Positions 24,654 through 37,900 of a DNA stretch of 64,000 nucleotides are shown here, in pieces. The notes under the pieces are model-generated. The model searched no databases. It had not been told where the DNA came from and worked only from the letters and a program-made list of their open reading frames with translations. Every line of letters begins with the position of its first letter. Positions within the stretch are counted from its first letter, which is position 1. The DNA is from Bispira polyomma. Taxonomy: Eukaryota. The DNA lies in NCBI GenBank assembly GCA_965649765.1, contig OZ287753.1, positions 16,926,001 through 16,990,000 of the forward strand. The letters are read 5' to 3'. The translations under genes and the position numbers were made by a program.

Positions 24654-27370
24654 AAACTTTGGGCAAACAATTCTCTGATAGAAAACACAATTTCAATTTG
24701 TCAAACACTGTGATTTTAAATATAAATAATATGTGTAATTTGGAAAGTGTAAATATGCAATGTTTACAAAATAACACTTCACGTGTACATGGTGTTGTAT
24801 ATTCGGAAACGGGCTCTGGTTTGTGTGAATGTAGTGAAGACAGTATGTGTATTACTCAGTTTTCAGACATTGCCACAAATGATAGCATGATTAAAAAGAG
24901 AGAAATTAGTAGAAATCGACATAGTGCTAACAACAATAATGCGTGTAGACTTAAAACTCGTGGCCTGTCAGGGTGCTGTAGGCAAATTGATGATCAGGGC
25001 ATATCAAGGCAGCCTTATGGTGGCCAAACTCCACACACTGTAGTTAAGAAATTTGAACAGAGTTTTATTGATGCTTTTAATATAATTGTTGAAACAAGCA
25101 TTGATGCTAGTACTGAGATTTCTACGCAGCAATTAGACATCCAATTGTCTTATAATGTCGAAACCTCGTTGGCTTCTGAACAAATGCATAGTTATGAACA
25201 ATGCACACATTTTAGTGTTGAAACTTTTAAAGTGTCTGATAGTGACAGTAGTTCTGAGTGCTCAGTATTTCTTGACACGAGTTAACTTGCTTTGCAGTCG
25301 AAATTATTACACGGTCAGCTTACGGCACTTGATTATAGTAATTGTTCCTTCAGAAATACATTGAACACTCTGGTGTTTAACAAGGAGTTTACGGGTATTC
25401 ATAGTCACATGGCAAATGTTCATAACACTAATACTCACACCCTTGAAAAACCGGGGTCGCTACCCCAGCTCACTGCACACACCGGTGGGGACACTCATGT
25501 TCCACTGGTTGCCCAGCAGCTTACACAGAACCGCTGTAATGCTTCAGTTGTTACTCAGCAGCGTCTATATCATAGAAATTTTATGCCAAAATTTGATGAC
25601 AAAGATTTTGTCAAAACTGACGCACAGCTATACACTAACAAGTCTGTAGGGTTTATAGCTCTTCCAATTGAGCGACAATTATCCTTCCAGCTAACAAACT
25701 CTATATCAGCTCAATCATTGCAGCAACGGGTTAGTAAAGCTCACAAATTTATTGTTCATACTGGCTTACCAAATTATATGAAGGCAAGAGTAGTGGTACC
25801 ATCAGATTTAAACATTCCAAATTGGAAAACACTGCTTAAGAATCATCCTGATAATGTCTTAGTCCAGTATTTGGAATTTGGATTTCCCTTGGGAATTGAT
25901 AAAAGTACATTTACTTATAACTGTAAGAGATATGTAGATAATCACACATCAGCTAAGATGTTTCCTTTGGATATAGATATATACCTTCAAAAGGAATTGA
26001 CACATAAAGCTATAGTAGGACCTTGTGATAATACAGTTGTAGGTAAACTTCATTTATCACCTATGTTATCCAGACCAAAATCTAATGCTTCAAGACGCAT
26101 TATAGTCGATTTAAGCTGGCCTTATGGCAATTCTGTCAATAGTCACATAAGTAATGACACTTATGATGGGCAAGACTACGTGTTAAAATTCCCTACTATA
26201 GACGATATTGTCACTAAGATAGCCAATGCTGGGGAAGATGTTCTGTTATATAAGGCGGACGTTAGTAGAGCCTTTCGGAATTTACGTATAGACCCAAAAG
26301 ATTATGACGTCATGGGCGTTACGCATAGGGGACATACCTATATAGATTTGAGTGTGGCATTCGGCCTCAAGACGGGTAGTGCGTTGTGCCAGAGAACCAT
26401 GGACATTTTACGTGACATCATGACGGCTAGGGGATTCCACGTGTGGAACTACATCGATGACGTCATTGGGCTACAATCGGCTCGTGACGCACCTCAAGCT
26501 TTTGCTACTTTGACTGCATTGTTTCACTATCTTGGGTTGCCGGTAAATCCTGATAAATTGGACCCTCCAACCAAGCAATTGGTATGTATGGGCATACATT
26601 TTGATATTGAAGCAGGGATTATAACTATCCCTCATGATAAACTTACTGAAATTAAACTGATATGTAAAACTTGGTTATCCAGAACACATGCCCCGCGTAA
26701 ACAGATGCAGAGTCTAATTGGAAGGCTTATCTACGTCCATAAGTGTGTCCAACCCGCTAGGTTGTTTGTTAACCGTATGTTGGGCATGCTCAAGCAAGCC
26801 CCTCAAAGAGGAAAAATATTGTTACAACACAGTTTCTTTCAGGACTTAAGGTGGTTTGATCGGTTTCTCACTGAATACCATGGGAAAGTGGTCTTTAACC
26901 ATAGAAAGCCTAGTGTTCAGTTGTACGTTGACGCGTCACTTACCGGGGTTGGGGCAATTTGCAACAGAAATGTCTATGCGTCTACTTACCCCTTGCAAAA
27001 AGTTCATGGATTAACAATAGTTCACCTTGAGATATTAAATATATTGATTGCATTTAGGGTTTGGGCTGAATTGTTTAAGCATGCAAAAGTTCAGGTATGG
27101 TGCGACAACCTTGCTGTGGTGCATGCACTTAAATCGGGTAGAATTAAGGATGCCTATCTTATGGCCTGTGCTCGAACATTGTGGGGTATTACTGCAAAAT
27201 TTGACATAGATGTTCAATATGATCATGTATATGGTGTGAATAATCAGGAAGCTGATTGCTTGTCCCGGTGGTACACAGCTAAGGCTGATGTACAGGTCAT
27301 GGCGAAACTTGCTCAACATGATTGGTGGTCGATTGATAGTGAGTTGTTTGAACCTGATTTTACAATATAA
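24602..27370 (+). CDS. pol: Pol (RT + RNase H); one in-frame TAA at 25283-25285 in the N-terminal linker
   Basis: ORFs 24602 and 25292 share a frame; RIIVDLS, KADVSRAFRNL, FGL, WNYIDD, YVDAS, LEILN, WCDN, ADCLSR. Confidence 0.93.
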
Positions 27371-27385
27371 TTTTGTCTTTTGTAG

Positions 27386-28377
27386 GCATTGCCTTGGGGA
27401 GTGTCCTATTGAATAACGCTGCTAACAGAATAGATACTGCACTGAGACCAAATACGGCTTCTGCTTACAAGGGCAAATTTTCATTGTTTATTGCCTTTTG
27501 TATATATTTTAAAGTTGCAATACATGAGCTGAACTCGGTTTTAATGTTTTTGGAGTTTTTAGTAACTCAGGGTAATGCTGCAGCCTCATTGCAGAATTAC
27601 ATCTCGGTTCTGAAGCATTTTGATCAGTTACATGAGCTTGGTTGGAAGCACTTGTCACACCGCAAGGTTGTTTTGTTTGTTAAGTCAGTTGCCATTAATC
27701 CACCTTACAAACCAAAGCTCAAAGGTGTCTTTACCATTGAAAATCTATTACAAATTTCTCAGGCTTGTGATCACATTATTCATGGCCCTACTTATAGAGC
27801 CATTTTCTTGGTCTCCTTTTTTGGCTTCTTTCGGCTATCAAATATGGTTCCTAATTCAATGCATGGTTTCGACTTGACCAGACACTTCATGGTTGGGGAT
27901 GTCATCTTTGCTCCACCTGGGGCACATTTGGTGGTCAAATGGCATAAGGCAATGCAGGCTTCCACTCAGGTGCAAGTTGTACAAATTCCGACATTAACAA
28001 ATGTCTATTTGTGCCCAGTAACTGCTTTGAAAACTTTGATAACAATGCATCAGATCAGTGTGGATGACCCTATATTTGTAATTGACACACAATCCAGATT
28101 GCTTCCGGTCACTGCATGTAAGGTGCGAATTGCCCTTGCCTCTATCATGAACAAACTTAACTTACCTTATAGGTCATTTGGGTTTCATGCTTTTCGGCGA
28201 TCTGGGGCTTCTTTTATGTTCAACCATAATGTTCACCTCCAGAATATCCAGGCGCACGGGGGTTGGAAGAGTGATGCCATATGGCATTATCTTCAGTCCA
28301 CCCCCCTGGCGGCTTCCACCGTACCGCGATCTTTCCAGAAACATTTAAATACTAATACTTTGGGTTTGGGACTTTGA
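27386..28377 (+). CDS. Tyrosine recombinase, intact, no own ATG near the start
   Basis: Catalytic set FFGFFRLSN (R), HAFRRSGA (HxxR), HGGWKSDAIWHY (W..Y); N-terminal SAM-like helices. Confidence 0.93.
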
Positions 28378-29709
28378 TGTTATAAATGGACTAACAATTA
28401 ACACTTTGATAGTTTAACCAATTAGAGATATGTACAGTTTTTAACAATATATACTAAAAAAGCTAAAATAAAACTCCCAAAGCTGTTGTATACATTGGTG
28501 TTTTAATTCAGATTTATCTATGTATTAAACTATCACATAGGCATTGCTTGCTCTACGCCTGTTGTATGGCCAATGTTTTTATTATCAATTGTCACCTGAA
28601 TTTAACCTGCTCTTTGGCTTTGGAATTCATCCTGATTGTGGCTGAAGCTGGCCTTGTACGGGCTGCAGCCTTTTTTAACCCAAGTTTGATCTTGGTAGTA
28701 AACTGTGTGGGTGGTCTTGACCACGGGTCAGTTGATGCCAAGAATTAGAGGTGTCTGTCCTTATAGTACACTGAGTTGCACTGGCCTTTTTAGTGACATT
28801 GAAAAAGTATTTAATATGGTTAATAAGGTGTGTAGAATGCAGGCATGTGGCAGTTTATGATAGGTTTAAAAGTGGGGTGATGTGGGATGATAACATGTGG
28901 CAGCTTGTGATTGGCTAGCAGGGGTGGGTTGTCTTTATGTACAAATCTCCACCTGGCATAGTCAGTGTGGAGTTTGGCTACCTGGCAGAAAGACTTGTTT
29001 TTGGGCCACCGGGGATTAAAGCTCTGCAGCCGAGACCTTCACTGCTGGGCGATTAGGTGCCGCAGGACCCGGGTTGCAACTGTAGTAGTGGTTTCCTCAG
29101 AGCTGAAAATTCAGTCGTAGTTTAAACTATAAGTAGGAAATCATGGTCAAGGAATCTAGGACAAGGAAAATAATACTAAAACAGATAATATATGGTGGTA
29201 TATATATATATATATATGTATATTTACCTCTAATTGATAGAGGAATTTTAAAAGTATACGTAAGGATGATACATGATAGCCAATTAACTCATCTCAAGTA
29301 ATGAAGGTTGATAAATGGTTTTTAAGGTTGATATATAATAGCCAAGTTTATTTTAACCCTGTAAAAATTGCTAGTGTTCAGGCGTTTGTATTAACACGGC
29401 GTTTTTATGGTAACAAACATTCTATTGCCGTATTAGCCCGATCAACTGTGCAATATGCTACTGATTGACTGGTAGGGTGGTGTCCTCAATTGTGGTTTAC
29501 TTTGAGAAAGTAGCCTGCTGCCAGGCTAAGTAGCCTGCTGTCAGGCTTTATATTATGATAATTATTTCATTATGTCCATCAAAATTATACTGATTTAAGT
29601 ATGGAACCATACTTTACAAGATAACACTGTTGATAAGGGCTGTAAATGTATACAGATATACAGCTATGTAACTTTTACAGATTTATGGGGTATGTAAGTT
29701 GAACATTTT

Positions 29710-30540
29710 TCCCTATGCTTTCTTTTATACTTTACATGCATATTAAAATCATGTACACTGTTTAACCGCTAGGAATACTTTGACAATTTTAGACCTGTGA
29801 CTTACATAAAACATACACACATCACAATACAAGAATATCAAGCATGGCTACTAAGATGCTTGTGTGTTCCTTAAAATAGAATGCAGTTATTAACTGGCAG
29901 GGCGGCTTTTCATTAAAATACCAGGTTGCTGATGCCTCAATAACTCCAATAAATGCTGTTCGATTTATGAATTAAGTCCAATAAATTGGGCGTTTTTTCT
30001 TTGCAGCAAAATGTATTCTAAATCTCTAGGCATACTGGCTTTTACACAAGTTACGACCCTCTCATATACGAATTAGTAATGTGAAGTATTGGCTATTATC
30101 ATAAATAGTTCATTAAACTAGTATGTTTGATATTTATTAAATGAGTAACATGAACTTTGGTTTATGTTATATCATATTTACAGGGGCTTGGGGAGTATCC
30201 TACTTCTTCGAGTAATGGTATCACGAATTGGGTGCATTGTGGCCATGCACTCAATCATTGTTTTATTTAATACTACAGATTTTAACTATATACAATAAGA
30301 AAATAGTACATTACAATAAAAATTAAATTCCACTGTGTTGGCGTTTATAATTCCTCCAGGGGTGGGGGGATTGAGACTACGAGGGGTAAATCTTGGGGCA
30401 CCTCGACCGTGTAAATGATGGAATTGTACGTCTAGGGTGGGTTTTGATCTGGGGACTTCTCACATAGGAGGTCAATGCTTAAAAGTTAAAAAAATAAGGG
30501 GAATCCCCAGCAGTCAAAGAAAGTAATGCGTTGTTATATA
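29710..30540. repeat. Distal part of duplication copy A, paralogous to 59991-60826
   Basis: Colinear from CCTATGCT..CTTTTATACTTTACATGC to AAGTAATGCGTTGTTATATAC. Confidence 0.92.
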
Positions 30541-31364
30541 CATATAGGTGCTATACATATAGATAATGACTACAAATATTACACTGAGGATTTCATTAAA
30601 GATATGGCAGATAAAACAGCATTTTGGATGTTTTATTTATGTAACAGTGGAACCCATTTAAATAACATCTGTAGCTTAAACAAAGCAGCAGCTTTTCTCC
30701 CTGTGTCAAAACTGCAGTACTTGCATTTCCAAGTACAAAAGCATGTACATAATATATATTATACATTTTAGATCACTATATATTTATTTATTATAATAAT
30801 TATTAGTAATAAAATATATATATACACATTGCTTCATAAGCTATCACATGGGTTAGTATTTAGTTGTTATGTTTCAAGAATAAATGCAGTGATATTTGTA
30901 TAGTAACAAAAGGACAAACTGATTATATTGTTGTTATTAAAAATGTAAACATAACATAAGCATGTTAAATAAACCTGTGATTTACACATGTGGTCTACTG
31001 TAGGACAAGCTGAAGTTTTGATGGGGGTGTCACTTCTCTTGACCATTAGTTGTTTCATTCAAGAAAAAAAATTGTTGTGGGGTAACATGTAGATCTAACA
31101 GATCTATGAAAAATAATTTTACTTTAAGTAAACTTGATTGATCTATTATAACATGTATTAACTGATTAGTTTCTCCTAATAATTACTGAAAATCTAAAGC
31201 AAAGAATACTTTTGAACTTGCTGGCTGAATAAAAGTGAAGAACAATATGATGGAAACAATGGTTTGGACTAAACAGCACAGTCCTAAATTGGATTAGATC
31301 TGACCTCCAGACCGAAAAAAACATAAAACTGAATGATCAGTTTTCGTCCACTTCAGCCTACCTT

Positions 31365-31960
31365 TTGGGGTGGCCAAGGGGTAGTCGTCGGGCCTCTACT
31401 TTTCACACTCTATACACATCCAATCAGTACAGTTATGAATAATCACAACGTTAAACACCACCTGTATGCTGACCTCAAATCTATCGCTCTCTCAACACCC
31501 AAAACTCCCACAAAAATCTGGGTCTGCTACATGGCTGTCTTTTCCAAGTACAGGCTTTGTCTTTAAGTATAGGCTTAGATGAACTACTCCAGATTGAAAT
31601 TAAATTCTGACAAACCTTCATTTATTCTCATTGGTGAGAAACACAGCGGGACCTCAGATCACTATTTCCCATTAGACTACTGCACAATGATGTACAGCCC
31701 TCTGATAACATTAAGAACCTTGCTTTTTCGCCCCTTTGTTATGAAATAGTTTCCTTGTTAAGATCAGAGCACTTAAAACACTTTCCTGTTTTAGAAAAAA
31801 AGCTTAAAACCATCTCTTCAAACTTACCTACCCTCCTTAGTTACCCTGCTTGTACACTACACATCCTTTTACCTTAGTATATTCTCTAACTTTTATAATA
31901 TCCTCACAACTGTGAGTATCAAAGTCTTTAGTTTCAAGACATTCAGTTTCTGCATGTGCA
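31365..31960 (+). mobile_element. L2/CR1 LINE RT fragment and 3' end
   Basis: QGVVVGPLLFTLYT..HHLYAD, LKLNSDK, FRKKLK..LFKLTYPP. Confidence 0.8.
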
Positions 31961-33499
31961 CTGTTATGGTCATTGTATACACATCGTAAAGTTTTAATTT
32001 TTGATAATGAGCACTCTATTGTGGTATGAGTAAAATATCTGTTTTTATGTTTTAGATTATATACTGTACTTTAGTTCAGGCAAAAAACAAATTGTTTAAA
32101 AAAGCCAGTGATTTTCAGAAACCCATGTAACTATGTTGGCTATAACCCAAGCTTGCTTGAAGTAGTTTCCTTTTAGCTGACCAGTTGTAGTCTTGATTAA
32201 GCTTTCTTCATGAAATGTTTTGAGCATACCATTATTAATGAAAGATTCTAAAATATAGGTGCATATAAATAATTACTGATTCAGGGAATGTTCAAATACT
32301 TATTTTTAAACTTACTGATTTTGTTTGGTGTCATATACTAAAACACTATCTAGTAGGTAAACTGAAAGTGACCCCTAAGTTTTTAGAAAACAGAATTTGG
32401 ACAGGGACCTTGAAGGGTGGTGAATTATGGCGTACCTCTGTGTAGATTTTACAACTAGCAAATAAAGAACAGATACATATTGTGGTGGGATGGGGCCCCC
32501 AACTTCGCTCTTTATGGGAACCGGGTTTACCCCGGAAAAGAGCTACTGTTGATGTGATATAGGGAGGGACTGCCACCCCAGATTTCAAACTCTTTTTTCG
32601 GGCGGGTTCCCACTAAAACCCCGAGAGCACCCCGAGAGACCCCCGTCAGGCAATGGGGCCGAAGGCAACACCAGGCACTTTACGGGACCCAGCGCACCCC
32701 GCCAGCTGCGAGCTCCCACGCCCGTTTTTCTCTAGTTACTTCTTACATATATAGTTGGTTAACTTCCTGTTCTCCTACATCATTATGATGGTCTGGTTAG
32801 TGGTGGGTGATCCGGTACCACTTACAGTAACCCACCCCAAATATGTAGGAGAGGGAAGAAAATAGATGGACTACCTAAGTTTTAAACCTTGTCTATTAGG
32901 TACTATCCTACTCCTATTTAACCTAAAAGAACCAAATCACCTTAAACTTTTACCGCTGCCACCATGTTAGTTAGGCCAACAAATCCATGTAAACCACCAA
33001 TAACCTTACGCTGCCACCATATTAGTTAGGCCAACAAATCCAGGTGTGTCCCCCATCCCACCATTACTCCAAACAACCCATGCCCCCAGGTATTAGTACT
33101 GTTATCACCCCCCTTGACTCCACTGGCATGTACACATAACCAACTGCCTTCCGAGCCTACACCTGAGTGAACAACCCAAGTACTCTCAATACCTAATTTT
33201 CACTAATTCATTTCTCCTAGGGGACACCCTAATATTTCTAACTTGAACTTAAACCTTTAACCTTAAACATCTAACCCTGGTAGTGTGACCTTGCTCTGTA
33301 GAGTGGAGGACGTGAGCAAGATGAGATATTGTGATCTAGGTGCTATTTTCTTACAGTGATGTTTCCAGGTAGTAAAACTGACAACTGAGGGCTACTTAGC
33401 TTGTGAAGAAGGCATGAAACGGACGGCATGAAACGCTTTTAATGAACTTCTTTTAAAAGATTTTGGGCCATCACGGGTTATGTTTGATACCAATAAAAC

Positions 33500-33760
33500 A
33501 TTTAGACAACTTATCTTTAATAAACGATTTTAGCCAAAACAGGCCAGTAAAACACTAAAAAACACTTAATCAATTTGTATTTAATAATGATTTAGGCCAA
33601 AACAGGCTAGTTTAACACTAAAGGAAACATTTAAACAATTTATATTTAATAATTATGTTAGCCAAAACAGGCTAGTTTAATACTAAGGAAACCAATTAAT
33701 CACTTTATGGTTAAAAATGATGTTAGCCAAGACAGGCTAGTTTGAGACTAATTAAAATAC
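33500..33760. repeat. ~63-bp tandem repeat, ~4 copies
   Basis: TTAGCCAAAACAGGCTAGTTTAA(C/T)ACTAA recurring at ~33530, 33593, 33657, 33722. Confidence 0.85.
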
Positions 33761-36699
33761 TTAGTGAAACATATACATGTATATAAAAAATGGGAATGCA
33801 GCTGAGGAACAAGGAAGGCTAAATTTTAATTTTAAAGAGAAACATTTATAAATAAAACTTATATTTGACAGATTTTGAGCCAAGGAAGGCTAAATTTTGA
33901 TACCAAGAAAAACATTTACTAAATTTATACAGAAGATTTCAACAAACTGAACACAAAAAGGGATGCCACACAATGCAGTATGAAACACAACAACTCCACT
34001 AAGCAAAACTGGACAGCCCAAACAGCATACCACACCATATAAAACAATACCATGGCAAATTATTTTGGGCAAGCAATTACGAACACAGAGCACAAAAGTA
34101 AAAGCAAAACAGCAAAAGTAGTTGCAGGAAAAATATAGTTGTAGAAATTTTATCAGCAATAAAAAGAGAAAGGCTATTTAATTAAAGTGCATGATTATTT
34201 GTGTATGATCATTTGAAAACTTAATTAAGGATAGAAAGTGGGAGGAAATGCTATTTCAACATTTTAAAACTATGAAGCTTAAGAAAATTTTAGGTTAACA
34301 CAAATAAAGTCAGGACCAGACTATTACCATCAAGAGAGGTTAAGTTTAGATTATAATTTTAGAATTTGGACAAAAGTGAAACTGTACATATATATTGAGG
34401 CCAAAACAACAAGCAAATATATACTGGCAACAAACATAATACTTCATTACATTAAAAAATATTTTACCATGGGTTATTCTTCAAGCTACAATGCTGCAAT
34501 ATACTAAAATTATTGCTTTGAATTACCATCACTTATACCTCTATTAGTTAAGATATTAACTTATTAAAATTTGTAATTACCTACTGTAAAAGACTTCATT
34601 TCTTTATTTTATACTTTAACACTTTATATTATATTTCAACAATTTAACCTTTACTTTTATGATTACAAACTAAAGAACTAATACTACTCACTCACTTTTC
34701 TGTTTATATATCTTAGCACAACTACACATATATGATTTTATATACAAATATACCTCCATCCCCAAAACCCCATAAATGACCCTACCATTCCCTGACCCAG
34801 ATACCAAATAAACAAGGGCTAATGTAGGGAGTGCTGCTCTTGCTCAATGTTCTAACCACTCATGATTCTCCACCCCCCAGGGTGGGACCCCAGGAAAGTG
34901 AGCCGAATTACCAGGCTGCTCCCCCCGAGTCACTTCACCCAAATTAGGAGTAGACAATCAAGATGGAATCAGTAAAAGGAACAGACCGGAAAGTGTACAA
35001 AATGACATGGAAATTCCTGCCAACCCATGATGATGACCCAGGTAAAACTAATGACTGTTTGGATGGGCACATTCACCGGTCGACCCGCCATCCGGAACTC
35101 CTGTGATCGACCAATGGCGAGCAGCTACACCTCAGAGAAACCCACTCTAGAGGTTAGATGTACCTATACCATGGCCGCTGGACGCCCAAAACAGAGTGGT
35201 GGATCCCTGCCTTTATATGAAAGATGAGATGATGTACTTCTTCCCAAACCTACCACCAGTTTAGGGAGGGAGAGGGGCCATCGGATCGATAGCTGGGAGG
35301 AGTACCTTCCCAGCCCAGTTTCCTGGCTACCCTTCTGGTACAATGATAATAATGAGAAAAATACTATTTGTTTGAAGGTGAAAAGAGGGGTAAAGCTTAT
35401 TTATAGCCCAGAATGATCAGAAATGAACCATAATGAAACCCTTATGGGAGTTTTTAAGATTACCCAGAGTTGAAATTATTGAGATCAAAATTATTGGCCC
35501 TAAATAACCCATTTCAAAATTCTAATTATTACCCAAATACCCCCAAGCCCTTTACCAAATATAATAGTGAGTAACTAGTACATTATTAAAACCCTACCTT
35601 GTAACAAGAAAACTTAAGATCCAAATTTACACAAAACAGTCCTATCCATTTCCTCATTCAGAACAAAGAGAGAGAGATTTCTTCTGACCACATGGCTTCC
35701 CATGTGACCTGATCTCTAGTTCCCCATTGTCTGCCAAGGTGGGACAGACCATTCCATGATCCTGTTTGTATCATGCTATAGTTGATAATGGGTTAGCTTA
35801 CTATTTGTAAGGGGAGGAAAGCTATTTTGATTTATTTATACCACCAAACGAGTGTTCCTCCTACTCCCGAAATATTAAATTATCGATCATAACTTGAATT
35901 GGTGAAGGATTTGCCTAAATATTTTAGATTATTAAAGCATTTTACAACTATTTTTCCTACAGGTAATTGTTAATCCCTTTTTACCGGAAGGGGAAAGCCT
36001 GAACAAAACAAATATTTTACTTTTTAAATATACCAAACGAGTGCTCCCCTTACTCCCGAAATGTTAAATTAGATTGAATTTAAAAAGGATTTGACTGTAT
36101 ATTTTAATTTTAACAGAATATTTAAAATTGATTTTGATCTGTGCTTATGCATTGATCTGTGCTTATGCCATAACCCCACTCTAAACTCCACCTACATTCT
36201 GCCTTTTTGTTTGTATTGAATTGTAGAGAGTATGCTTAGGGCATATTGTAATTCTGTAAATATGGAATTCTATAAATCTATGTTATCTTGAAAGGACAAC
36301 CCTTATAGCACATTGGTATGTGTATTACTTTACTAGTTTAGTATTGATAAAATTCCCAAGAGCTTTGTTTACACAAAATACAGTAGAAGAAAATATAAAT
36401 AATATAAACCAATAAAAATTTTGCTAATGTTGCTATTTACATTAGTTAGAGACACACCCCTGAGCTAAGCCAATTAAATAGGAATTTATTATGATGTTAT
36501 TTGTGACAACTATTCATTTGTTTATATGTTATGCCGTGCATGATACAGTTCCCCCAGGGCCCCTCTCCAGGTAAATGTGAATTTTACCCCTTTAGAGTGC
36601 AGCAGTTGAACTCTTGCAAGTATAAATATGGGTAACAAATTTGTATGTCCCATACCCATTTATATAACAATTGATAAATTTATGCAAATATTACTTTTA

Positions 36700-37900
36700 T
36701 GGAAATGTTTAGTACCTTGCGGACCACAAAAACCAATTACCCGGCTCACATTTCTCCGCACGGTTGAACCCTCCATCGTAATAAGACAAAAGATGTGTTG
36801 AAAGCAATGTTGAATCTAGACTCAACCCGGCATATGTTGTAGGTAATAGCAGACTGGTATGAGGGGTGGTACACTAAAGCCATTGCTACCAACACACTTA
36901 CCCCAGTAGTCTATGATACAATGGACAACAACATGAGATATTATCATGAACTGAAGAAATATTGTATAATGGCAGTATATTGTTGACATATACTGAGTAA
37001 GTATTTATGCTTAAGTATGTTGGCATTACCTGGAATAAAATTTTTGTGGGCTTAGCTATTTCTTTCATCATCCAGTAATTCAAGTCATAATTAACAAATA
37101 TTTAGTTAAGTTTAACAGTACTGCTTTATGTGTTAGCCACCTTTACTACTTCTAAATATACAACCTAGATCAACTAAAAATCACTAGCCAAGGTCCTCCA
37201 AGTGGGACGACGGAAGAACAATTGCACATTTGTTTTCCAAATAACAGGGATGAGGAGGAATGAGGTCTTTGAGCCAGTTGACTACAATCGTTGCATGATT
37301 TAATTGTTTTATTAGACAAATAGTGAATAAAGGTATCTAGTTTATGTTTAGGTTCTAATACATGTGTGCACCTCATGTTATCATGTAAATATGAGGTATA
37401 ATGGTAAGGTATTACACTCAGACATCAGAATTGCAACTTTTCTGTTGAAATCCACACTATATTTTCAATTTATTGACTATTGTATAAGACTGGTGTTGAA
37501 GTTTTAGTGTACCTCAAGATGGAGGTGTGAAGATGACTATTTATTAATGCTAAAGGTTAATAAATCTACCACTAATGCTAGATGATGGTGAATTATTTGT
37601 ATACCAAATTTTTATTTTTAATTGAGAGGTAACGATAATATTTGACTGTCTTAATTCTTTTCGGTTAAGTTAAACTATATTAGTACATTATTGCAGAAAA
37701 CTTGACGAATTTTGTTTGAGTAATATATGAGGTGATCGCCAGGTGTTTAAATAGCAAATGCATGTACATTATTGGCAATTAAAGCAAGGATTCAGTATTT
37801 TGCTGCCAATCAATAGATGGGAAATTCATAATGATTTCATTGGTTTCACTACCTGCTTTTCTTCCAATCACAACCTTCTGGTTTAAAATCTTAGCATGTT
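36700..37900 (+). pseudogene. Possible highly degraded Polinton/adintovirus-like minor and major capsid genes
   Basis: Short frame-hopping peptides only (SHFSARLNPP, EGWYT, AVYC/DI, EQLHICFPN, FIRQIVNK, PLMLDDGELF). Confidence 0.25.

Larger units (their letters stand above)
23207..28999 (+). mobile_element. Tyrosine-recombinase retrotransposon 2 (DIRS/Ngaro-like), young and nearly intact
   Basis: ~295-bp direct repeats 23207-23501 and 28704-28999 with ~3 differences; gag-RT/RH-YR; no methyltransferase domain after RNase H. Confidence 0.95.

Noticed and set aside
27373-28377. Bacterial/phage integrase by horizontal transfer or contamination
   Set aside because: Lies in the gag-RT/RH-YR cassette between direct repeats, as expected for a YR retrotransposon
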